From the NCBI GenBank assembly GCA_964655005.1, contig CAZZKE010000016.1, forward strand, positions 1-24,000: a stretch of DNA of 24,000 nucleotides, read 5' to 3'. Under the pieces are notes generated by a model. The model made no database searches, was not told the DNA's origin, and was given only the letters and a program-made list of their open reading frames with translations. The position numbers and the translations under genes were made by a program. This DNA comes from an uncultured Thalassospiraceae bacterium (GTDB lineage Bacteria > Pseudomonadota > Alphaproteobacteria > Rhodospirillales > JABHCV01). Position 1 is the stretch's first letter, and the number at the start of each line of letters is the position of its first letter. Positions 7,184 through 14,340 of the stretch are shown here, in pieces.

Positions 7184-8336
7184 GCGCCCACAGGCTTAAG
7201 GCGACTACTATCAGCATCACCGCCGCGCCGGCGAAATAGGGCCAGTCCATGCCCAGTACCGCAAACAGCATTCCGGCCCAAATCGGACCAACGACCCGCG
7301 CCAGGGTCGTTGCCGAGCGGCTGACGCCCATAATGCCGCCTTGTTCTTCGGGGCCAACCTGGAGCGATATCAGGCTGTTCATGGCCGGATTTATGACCGA
7401 AAATCCATAGGCGATAATCGCCATGGCGACCAGCAGCGCCGCCACTGAATTGGCAAAGGGGATCGCCAGCATACCGACCGCCAGCGCGACGGCGCCCTGA
7501 ACGATCAGGTTTGCCTCGCCGAATCGCTTGGCCAGCCGCCCGACCAGGCCACCCTGGATAATCGCGCTCAGGATGCCGATGAAGGCGAACAGATAGCCGT
7601 TCTGTTGCGGCCCCCAGTCAAATCGGCGCTCAGACCACATGGCAAAGGTGGTTTCCATGCCGCCGAAGACGAAGGTGGCGAGGAATGATAAGGCGATAAT
7701 AAGCCCCACATTGGGCCGGGCCAGGGCGTTTCTAAACTGCCGCGCACGGCTCGCCCGGGGCTTTTCCGACATGTTGCGCCGCAGGTTTTCAGACAATGAT
7801 TCCCGCAGCATGAAAACCGCTATCAGAAAAGCCGACAGCGACAATCCGGCGGCGGCGAGGGACGGCAGCCGGAAATCGGCATTCAGGGGGTCGGGACCCG
7901 CCAGAATGCCGCCGATGGCCGGCCCGGCTATAAAGCCAAGGCCGAACGCGGCGCCGATCATGCCCATGCCTTTGGCCCGGTTTTCCGCCGTCGTAATATC
8001 GGCGACATAGGCAAACGCGGTGGAAATATTCCCGGCCATGAAGCCGCCTAGCGCACGGGCCAGAAACAGCATCCACAGGCTATCGGAATAGCCCAACAGG
8101 ACATACGATACGGCCCCCCCGGCGAGGGTAATCAGCAAAATTGGCCGGCGACCGAGACGATCGCTGGTGCGCCCCCAGAACGGCGCGGCGATGAACTGGC
8201 CCAACGAATAGGTCGCCATCAGCAGGCCGACGGTCGATGGCGAGGCGGCAAAATGTTCGGCGAAAAACGGCAGCAGGGGAATAATTACCCCGAAGCCGAC
8301 AAGATCGACAAAAACGATCAGAAAAAGGATAGGCAT
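7170..8336 (-). CDS. MFS transporter, DHA1/Tet-like 12-TM family
   Basis: 388-aa hydrophobic ORF. MFS signature after TM2: GRTSDRLGRRPILLITL. The N-terminus FVDLVGFGVIIPLLPFF is typical of TCR/Tet-type MFS. It lies 44 bp downstream of the MotB-like gene on the same strand. Its 3' end overlaps convergent cyaY by 14 nt. Confidence 0.88.
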   Translation of the reverse strand: MPILFLIVFVDLVGFGVIIPLLPFFAEHFAASPSTVGLLMATYSLGQFIAAPFWGRTSDRLGRRPILLITLAGGAVSYVLLGYSDSLWMLFLARALGGFMAGNISTAFAYVADITTAENRAKGMGMIGAAFGLGFIAGPAIGGILAGPDPLNADFRLPSLAAAGLSLSAFLIAVFMLRESLSENLRRNMSEKPRASRARQFRNALARPNVGLIIALSFLATFVFGGMETTFAMWSERRFDWGPQQNGYLFAFIGILSAIIQGGLVGRLAKRFGEANLIVQGAVALAVGMLAIPFANSVAALLVAMAIIAYGFSVINPAMNSLISLQVGPEEQGGIMGVSRSATTLARVVGPIWAGMLFAVLGMDWPYFAGAAVMLIVVALSLWALNRE

Positions 8337-8380
8337 CAGGTTGTGTAACCGTGTTTGGGGAAAATTGGAAAAGGTGGCGG

Positions 8381-9574
8381 TCAGCGTTGGGTAAATTTAA
8401 GTTCGATTCGGCGGTTGCGGCGGTTGGCGATTTCATCATGGGCCGTATCGATCGGCTGATACTGGCCGAAACCGGCGGCCGCCAGCCGGTTGGCGGGGAT
8501 GTTCTGGTGGGTCAGGAACTTGACCACCGAAATGGCGCGGGCCGCCGATAATTCCCAGTTCGACGGGAATTTCAAATTGAAGATCGGCACGCTGTCGGTG
8601 TGGCCGTCGATCCGCAAAATCCAGTTGATGTCGGCGGGAATTTTTTTCATCAGCTCGCGCAGCGTACCGGCAAGCCGTACCAGTTGCTCCTTTCCGACCT
8701 CGCCGAGATCGGCCGAACCGGATGTGAACAGGACTTCCGACTGAAATACGAAGCGGTCGCCGACGATCCGAATACCCGGCCGATTGCCGAGGACTTTGCG
8801 CAGCCGACCGAAAAATTCGGAGCGATAACGGGATAATTCCTGGACCTTGGAGGCCAGCGCCGAGTTAAGGCGTTTGCCGAGCGCCGATATCTGCACACCC
8901 TGTTCCTTGGCCTTGCGTTCCGAGGCATCGAGGGCATCGGCCAGGCCGGCCAGTTGATCGCGCAGCGCCGCCATTTGCTTGTTGGCCAGCGCGATTTGGG
9001 CTCGCGCGCTTTCCGAGATTTTTCGTTCCTTGACGATCTGCTTGTCCTTGCCGGCGAGTTTGGTCGTCATCTCGCCTATCCTGCTTTCCAGGTCTTCGCG
9101 CAGGGCGGTCAGGGCGTCGATGTCCTCGCTCAATTTCACCAACTCGGCAATCTTGGCGGCGATGGTTTGCTTGTTGACGTCGATGGTCTTGAAAGCGTCA
9201 TCCAGTTTGAGGCTCAGGTTCTGCGCCAGGGTTTCGGCGGCCCGGGATTTTTCGGTCATCACCCGCAGCGACGCATTGAGGTCGTCGCGCATGATGACGG
9301 AAGCTTGCAATTCCTCGGTTATCTTGGCGAAGTCCGTCTGCAAACGATTGTTGGCCTTGCGTTCCAGGGCCAGCAGTTCGCCCATCTCGGAAATCTGGCT
9401 GTTCAGCCGGTCCAGCGCCTGATCCCGTCCCGACAGGGCGTCACTAAGAAAGAACTGGGCCATCACGAAAATCATCAGCAGGAAGATGATAACCATCAGC
9501 AGCGTCGCCAGGGCATCGACGAAGCCGGGCCAGATATTGGTGTTGTGATGCGAACGCCGGGCGAGGGAGGACAT
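8381..9574 (-). CDS. MotB-like stator B subunit: N-terminal TM with conserved Asp, ~200-aa coiled coil, C-terminal OmpA/peptidoglycan-binding domain
   Basis: 397 aa. NIWPGFVDALATLLMVIIFLLMIF resembles the MotB/ExbD-type TM with a protonatable Asp (D20). Residues ~45-260 are heptad-rich and Leu/Glu/Lys/Ala-rich. The C-terminus is OmpA-like: F.SGSADL...IDGHTD..P......SNWELSAARAISVVKFL...GFG...P.....E.ANRRNRRIEL. Confidence 0.85.
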   Translation of the reverse strand: MSSLARRSHHNTNIWPGFVDALATLLMVIIFLLMIFVMAQFFLSDALSGRDQALDRLNSQISEMGELLALERKANNRLQTDFAKITEELQASVIMRDDLNASLRVMTEKSRAAETLAQNLSLKLDDAFKTIDVNKQTIAAKIAELVKLSEDIDALTALREDLESRIGEMTTKLAGKDKQIVKERKISESARAQIALANKQMAALRDQLAGLADALDASERKAKEQGVQISALGKRLNSALASKVQELSRYRSEFFGRLRKVLGNRPGIRIVGDRFVFQSEVLFTSGSADLGEVGKEQLVRLAGTLRELMKKIPADINWILRIDGHTDSVPIFNLKFPSNWELSAARAISVVKFLTHQNIPANRLAAAGFGQYQPIDTAHDEIANRRNRRIELKFTQR

Positions 9575-9585
9575 GCGCCGCCGCC

Positions 9586-10725
9586 CTACGGCGTGTCTTT
9601 GCTGGCGGCGATGGTCCTGGCCAGCAACTTGATCTCGCTGCGAAGCTGCGAAATCAGGTCTTCCCGCCCGGTGCTGACTTCTTCGACCAGACGGGCCATA
9701 TAGATATCAAGATTGCGCAGATGCACACGGCTCGCCTCGTCCAGGCCACCACTGTCATGGCCGCCGACTTCAGCCAGGCGCGCCAGGATGGGTTTCATTT
9801 CGACCTGGCTTTCCGCCAGCTTCATCATCAGCGCCTGTTCGGTATGCATGTGGTCGGTCAGGGTGCTCAGCTTGTCGCCCAGGGCAATCAGGTTGTTGTT
9901 TGCCGATATGCGGCTTTCCTCGCCCCGGGTCAGGGTCCGTTGCAGGCTTTCAAGGCTTTCCGCAGTTTGCTCCAGCAGCGCCTGGACATATGCCGGGACC
10001 GATTGGTCGGTTTCCGTTCCGGCCAGCGCCCCGCTCGACAGCCGGGTCAGGCTGGATAGCCATTCTTCCAGATCGTTGTAAAAGCGGTTCAGCGCCTGGC
10101 CGGCCTGTAAATCCAGGAATCCCAACACCAGGGAGCCGGCGAGACCGAACAGGGATGATGAAAATGCCGTACCCATGCCGCTCAACGGGGCCTCTAGCCC
10201 GGTTTTCAGATCGGCGAACACCGCCGACATATCGCCCTTTACGCTAAGGCCGGATATCACGCCGCTGATCGACGATACGGTTTCCAGTAATCCCCAAAAA
10301 GTGCCAAGCAGACCCAGGAATATGAGTAAACCGATGGTGTAGCGAGACAAATCACGGGATTCATCGAGTCTGGAATAGATGCCATCGAGCAAAGAGCGCA
10401 TGGACAGGGTCGACAGGCTCAACTGGTCGCGGTTGCGTTCGCCCAGCATGGTCGCCATGGGGGCCAGTAGGCGAGGGGCCCGGTGCTGGACGGCGGACTG
10501 ATTGTTCTGGCGGAAGGATTCGATCCACGACACTTCCGGATGCAGCATCAGCACCTGCCGAAAATTATAGATCACGCCCAACAGCAGCACGCCGACAATT
10601 AACCCGTTCAATGGTGCGTTCGACAGGAAAGCGCCCCGCAGCGGTTCGAAGATAAACGCCGTGGCGGCGGTCACGGCGACCAGGAACACCAGCATTCTAA
10701 GCAGGAAGCGACGCGGATTGGTCAT
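9586..10725 (-). CDS. MotA/TolQ/ExbB-family proton-channel protein with ~170-aa C-terminal helical tail
   Basis: 379 aa. Four hydrophobic segments. The channel core YTIGLLIFLGLLGTFWGLLETV ... PLSGMGTAFSSSLFGLAGSLVLGFL resembles the MotA/ExbB signature. After residue ~210 there is a long Leu/Glu/Ser-rich predicted helical region. The gaps to both neighbouring genes are 10-11 nt. Confidence 0.8.
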   Translation of the reverse strand: MTNPRRFLLRMLVFLVAVTAATAFIFEPLRGAFLSNAPLNGLIVGVLLLGVIYNFRQVLMLHPEVSWIESFRQNNQSAVQHRAPRLLAPMATMLGERNRDQLSLSTLSMRSLLDGIYSRLDESRDLSRYTIGLLIFLGLLGTFWGLLETVSSISGVISGLSVKGDMSAVFADLKTGLEAPLSGMGTAFSSSLFGLAGSLVLGFLDLQAGQALNRFYNDLEEWLSSLTRLSSGALAGTETDQSVPAYVQALLEQTAESLESLQRTLTRGEESRISANNNLIALGDKLSTLTDHMHTEQALMMKLAESQVEMKPILARLAEVGGHDSGGLDEASRVHLRNLDIYMARLVEEVSTGREDLISQLRSEIKLLARTIAASKDTP

Positions 10726-10735
10726 GGTCCCGGAC

Positions 10736-11704
10736 CTATCGTTCAGTAATGTTCAGATCGACCCGGTTAAGCGGTTTCTGGTCGGTTTTGTTGCCAAGCG
10801 CACGGACATCTATACGGGTGCTGCGGATGCCGTTTTCGATCAGGAAGGAACGCACCGACAGCGCCCTGGAAAGGGACAACCGCCGCGCCAGGCTGGCCGA
10901 AAGCTTGTCGCCGCCGGCGTAAGCCATCAATTGCAAACGCAGGTTGTCCTTTGATTTAAGCCTGCTGGCCAGGGATTTAAGCTTGTTTTTCGCATCGGTC
11001 GGAAGCCGCGTCGCGTCATTGCTGAAAACGACCTGCATGGCCAGTCCGGGCTCGGTATCGCCACCGGCGGCGTTGGCGGCGGGCAGGGAGGCCTGTTCGG
11101 TTTGCTGTTTTTTCGCCGCCGATACGACCGGCGCCGGCGGTTCGCTCGGGGTCACCTTGGGGGCCGCCGCTATGGTCGGCGGCGGTGGTGCGGATTGAGT
11201 CTGCGTCGTAGCCTCCGGCTTCTTTTTCGGCGGCGCGGACGGCGCCGGGGCCGGGGCTTCCAGCTTCTTCGGCGGCGCGGCGGCGATTATCGGTTTCTTC
11301 GGTGCGGCGGGCGCAACGACCGGGGCCGGGGCGGTCGGTTCGACCCTGACTATGGTTTTTTTCGTTTTCTTCGGCTTCGGCGCCGGGCGTCTTGCCACGG
11401 AACGGGGGGCCGGGGCGGGCCTGGATAATGCGGCGCTGCCGCCGCCAGCCGGCGGCACATGCAGCATGGATGTGGGCGCCCTGGCGCCGGGGATCAGCAA
11501 TTTCAACTGTCTGGTCCGGTTTCCGGCGGGGCCCGGTCCGCCGGGGCCATAGCCGCCGTCATCGATGACGCTCAGGTCAACGGTGACGCTGGGATCATTG
11601 AAGTCCATGTACGGTGAATCCTGGGCGACGGCGACACCAGCCGAACCCGGTATGGCAACGGCGGCGATCAGGGCGCCGAATCGAATAATTGAGAAAGCGT
11701 TCAT
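10736..11704 (-). CDS. Secreted Pro/Ala/Lys-rich protein with C-terminal OmpA-like domain
   Basis: 322 aa. Signal peptide MNAFSIIRFGALIAAVAIPGSAGVAVA/QD. An extended low-complexity spacer of ~150 aa (PAPKPKKTKK...APAAPKKPIIAAAPPKKLEAPAPAPSAPPKKKPE) follows. The C-terminus is a divergent OmpA-like fold: F..DATRL....K..L..LA..L......L.L.AYAG......LARRLSLSRALSVRSFLIENGI...RIDVRALG......NRVDLNI. Confidence 0.72.
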   Translation of the reverse strand: MNAFSIIRFGALIAAVAIPGSAGVAVAQDSPYMDFNDPSVTVDLSVIDDGGYGPGGPGPAGNRTRQLKLLIPGARAPTSMLHVPPAGGGSAALSRPAPAPRSVARRPAPKPKKTKKTIVRVEPTAPAPVVAPAAPKKPIIAAAPPKKLEAPAPAPSAPPKKKPEATTQTQSAPPPPTIAAAPKVTPSEPPAPVVSAAKKQQTEQASLPAANAAGGDTEPGLAMQVVFSNDATRLPTDAKNKLKSLASRLKSKDNLRLQLMAYAGGDKLSASLARRLSLSRALSVRSFLIENGIRSTRIDVRALGNKTDQKPLNRVDLNITER

Positions 11705-11807
11705 GGGCCTACATTATCCCCGTATTTTTCCTCGCGGTCACCAAAATAACCAAGGCCAGCCGGAGGTACAACTGTTTTGCAAATTGGACTGCGGGACTTG
11801 CCGGCAA

Positions 11808-12605
11808 TTACCCGCCGCCGCCGCGCAATACCTGGCAAAAAGACCTATGCAGCCGGTCGTTTGCGGCTACGATATCACCGTTCCGGATCATCGCGCCACC
11901 GCCATCCATTTCGCTGACATAGCCGCCGGCTTCCCTTACCAGCACGATGCCGGCGCCGATATCCCAGGCCTTCAGGCCATTTTCCCAGTAACCATCGAGG
12001 CGGCCGGCGGCGACGTAGGCCAGGTCGAGCGCCGCCGACCCGGTCCGGCGGATGCCGCCCGATACATTCATCAGGTCTTGCAGCCGGGCCAGGAATTCGG
12101 CGTGATCCGGGGCGCCGCGCAAGGGGATGCCGGTGGCGATGACGCTGTCGGCGAGTTTGTCGCGCCCCGATACCCGCAGCCGATTGCCGTTTAAAAACGC
12201 ACCCTGACCCTTTTCGGCCCAGAACATTTCGTCGTGAACCGGTTGGTAGATGACTCCGGCATAGGGGTCGCCATCGCGCTCCAGACAAATCGAAATGGCG
12301 AAATGGGGAATGCCATGGAGGAAATTAGTGGTGCCGTCCAGCGGATCGACCAGCCAGCGGTTAGAGGTGTCCCGGCCTTCTATCTCGCCCGATTCTTCAA
12401 GCAGGAATCCGTAATTGGGGCGGGCTTTCCGGAGTTCCCGGTGCAGGGTGTCTTCCGCCGTCTTGTCGGCGGCGCTGACAAAATCGGCGGGGCCCTTCTT
12501 CGAGACCTGAAGGTTTTCAAGCTCGCCAAAATCACGCAACAACTTGCGGGACGCCTTCTGGGCGGCGGCGACCATGACATTTATAAGGGCCGAGCGGAGG
12601 GCCAT
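11808..12605 (-). CDS. suhB: Inositol monophosphatase family protein (SuhB)
   Basis: 265 aa with IMPase motifs: FLLEESG, WLVDPLDGTTNFLHG, and AAGRLDGYWE..LK.WD.AAG. Confidence 0.92.
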   Translation of the reverse strand: MALRSALINVMVAAAQKASRKLLRDFGELENLQVSKKGPADFVSAADKTAEDTLHRELRKARPNYGFLLEESGEIEGRDTSNRWLVDPLDGTTNFLHGIPHFAISICLERDGDPYAGVIYQPVHDEMFWAEKGQGAFLNGNRLRVSGRDKLADSVIATGIPLRGAPDHAEFLARLQDLMNVSGGIRRTGSAALDLAYVAAGRLDGYWENGLKAWDIGAGIVLVREAGGYVSEMDGGGAMIRNGDIVAANDRLHRSFCQVLRGGGG

Positions 12606-12613
12606 GATTGCCG

Positions 12614-13183
12614 TTATTCCTTGGCCCGTTCGACGTAACTGCCGTCGGCGGTGTTGATGACGACGCGGGTGTCGGTTTCGATATGCGGCGGGACCAGGGT
12701 CCTGACGCCGTTTTCCAGCATCGCCGGTTTGTATGACGAAGATGCCGTCTGGCCTTTGACCACGGCGTCCGCTTCGGTGACGGCCAGGACCACGGTATCG
12801 GGAAGCTGCACGCCGATGGGGTCGTCCTGATGGCTTTCAACGGTGACGATCATGGATTCCTGCAGGAACGGAATCTGGTCTTCGCCCAGCATGTCCCTGC
12901 CCAGGGTGATCTGTTCGTAGGTTTCGGTATCCATGAAGGTGTACATGTCGTCGTCGGCGTAAAGATACTGGTAGTCCCGCTGGTCCAGGTGCGCCCGTTC
13001 GACGGACACCGAAGAGCGGAACCGTTCGTTCAGCTTGGTGCCGCTGCGCAGGTCCTTCAGTTCGACCTGCAAATAGGCGCCGCCCTTGCCGGGCTGGGTG
13101 TGCTGGATTTTGACCGCCCGCCACAGGCGACCCTGATGCTCGATGACCATTCCGGGGCGAATGGCATTGCCGTTTATTTTCAT
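12614..13183 (-). CDS. efp: Translation elongation factor P
   Basis: ORF 12614..13210, trimmed to the ATG at 13183: [50 protein letters not shown]... This is canonical EF-P with the tip loop PGKGGA. Confidence 0.95.
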   Translation of the reverse strand: MKINGNAIRPGMVIEHQGRLWRAVKIQHTQPGKGGAYLQVELKDLRSGTKLNERFRSSVSVERAHLDQRDYQYLYADDDMYTFMDTETYEQITLGRDMLGEDQIPFLQESMIVTVESHQDDPIGVQLPDTVVLAVTEADAVVKGQTASSSYKPAMLENGVRTLVPPHIETDTRVVINTADGSYVERAKE

Positions 13184-13227
13184 GTGACCGGACCGTTGAT
13201 TGATAACCAATGAAGGCGCGGAACCTA

Positions 13228-13866
13228 TCAGCTTGCCATGGCCGACGCAATGGCGGCATTGAAGTCCTGCACCGCCCTGACCGGCCCGTCCGGATAATCC
13301 CAGACGCCACCGATCACGGCGATGAAATCGGCCCCGGCGCGAACCAGAAGCGGGCAGTTTTCGACGGTGATGCCGCCGATGGCCACGCAGGGTACCGTCG
13401 TCGCCTCATTCCATAACGTCAGGATATCGGGGTCCGCCCATTCCTTCGGATCTTTGGTGGCGGTCGCAAAAAAGGCCCCGAAGGCGACATAATCGGCGCC
13501 CCGCGCGGCGGCGTCCATGGCCAGATGACGCGAGTCGTGACAGGTCACCCCGACGATGCGATCCGGCCCGACCGCCGTGCGCGCCCGGTCATAGGGGCCG
13601 TCATCCTGGCCAATATGGACGCCGTCGCAGCCGGTCTCGGCGGCCAGCGCCGGGTCGTCGTTGAGCAGGAAGGCGACGCCGCGTGCCTGGGTGACCGGTC
13701 GCAAGGTGTCTATGGCCGCCCGGACGGTGTCCCGGTCGGCGTCCTTCAGGCGCAATTGCAGGCAGGCGACATCGCCCGAGTCGAGAGCACGGGCCAGGGT
13801 ATCGGCGAAACCGGCGTCGATGCGCGGCGGTGTGATCAGGTACAGTCGGCAGGAATCAGTCATCAT
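13228..13866 (-). CDS. thiE: Thiamine-phosphate synthase
   Basis: ORF 13228..13881; start at ATG 13866 or 13863 ([13 protein letters not shown]...). ThiE-like motifs: [33 protein letters not shown], and AIGGIT..N. The start overlaps the stop of the upstream gene. Confidence 0.9.
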   Translation of the reverse strand: MMTDSCRLYLITPPRIDAGFADTLARALDSGDVACLQLRLKDADRDTVRAAIDTLRPVTQARGVAFLLNDDPALAAETGCDGVHIGQDDGPYDRARTAVGPDRIVGVTCHDSRHLAMDAAARGADYVAFGAFFATATKDPKEWADPDILTLWNEATTVPCVAIGGITVENCPLLVRAGADFIAVIGGVWDYPDGPVRAVQDFNAAIASAMAS

Positions 13867-14278
13867 CCGGGTCCGGGGCATGTTTGACCCACGAGCGGCA
13901 GGCCGCCAGGGGATCGAGCATATCGAGCAAATCGATGGTTTCGCCGCCGTCCTGATAAACGAAGGCGCCGCGCTGCCCGGCTATATCGGCCAGCTTGTCA
14001 CGGATTTCCTGGCCGTTGCTGATTCGCACCCCGGTGATGCCGTGGCGCAGGGCGCCCAGCGCCAGGCCGGGGTCGTCACCGCAATCAAGCACCGCCCGAT
14101 AACGGGCCTTGGGGTGGGCGACGGCGGCGGCGGCGATAAGGTCGCGAAACACGGTGGCGCCCAGATAGGCGGCGGCCCCAGGGGCGCTCAGCAGGGTTAC
14201 CGGACAATCGAATTCCGCCGCCGCCGCCAGCGCCGCAGTGGCGTGTTCGAGAGAATGAATGATGATGGTAGTGCTCAT
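13856..14278 (-). CDS. Hypothetical protein (~140 aa), translationally coupled to thiE
   Basis: ORF 13856..14335, trimmed to the ATG at 14278: [48 protein letters not shown]... The composition looks coding and Ala/Gly-rich, with no TM segment. I do not recognise the family. Its stop overlaps the thiE start by 8-11 nt. Confidence 0.55.
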   Translation of the reverse strand: MSTTIIIHSLEHATAALAAAAEFDCPVTLLSAPGAAAYLGATVFRDLIAAAAVAHPKARYRAVLDCGDDPGLALGALRHGITGVRISNGQEIRDKLADIAGQRGAFVYQDGGETIDLLDMLDPLAACRSWVKHAPDPDDD

Positions 14279-14340
14279 GACCGGGTAGAGATAGAGTGGC
14301 GACCGGTAAATGCCAAGAGCTTTTGAAATCCGCATCGATC

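Noticed and set aside
11100-11450. Apparent GC-rich tandem repetitiveness (ggcggcg/ccgccg runs), considered as a possible repeat element or CRISPR-like array
   Set aside because: It is the DNA image of the Pro/Ala/Lys-rich low-complexity spacer of the OmpA-like protein. There is no regular repeat-spacer periodicity. The same applies to the Pro/Glu-rich cyclase linker at about 4900-5200.
8381-11704. Interpreting the MotA/MotB-like pair as a Zorya anti-phage system
   Set aside because: No ZorC, ZorD or ZorE-type effector (helicase, nuclease or HNH) gene accompanies it. The A-subunit tail is far shorter than in ZorA. The B subunit has a long coiled coil, unlike ZorB. The locus sits among core housekeeping genes with no mobile-element or island signatures. 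I kept it as an uncharacterised stator system instead.
14279-14340. Possible TPP riboswitch upstream of the thiE unit
   Set aside because: Only ~62 nt are available, and no CUGAGA/ACCUGA-type TPP aptamer core is visible.
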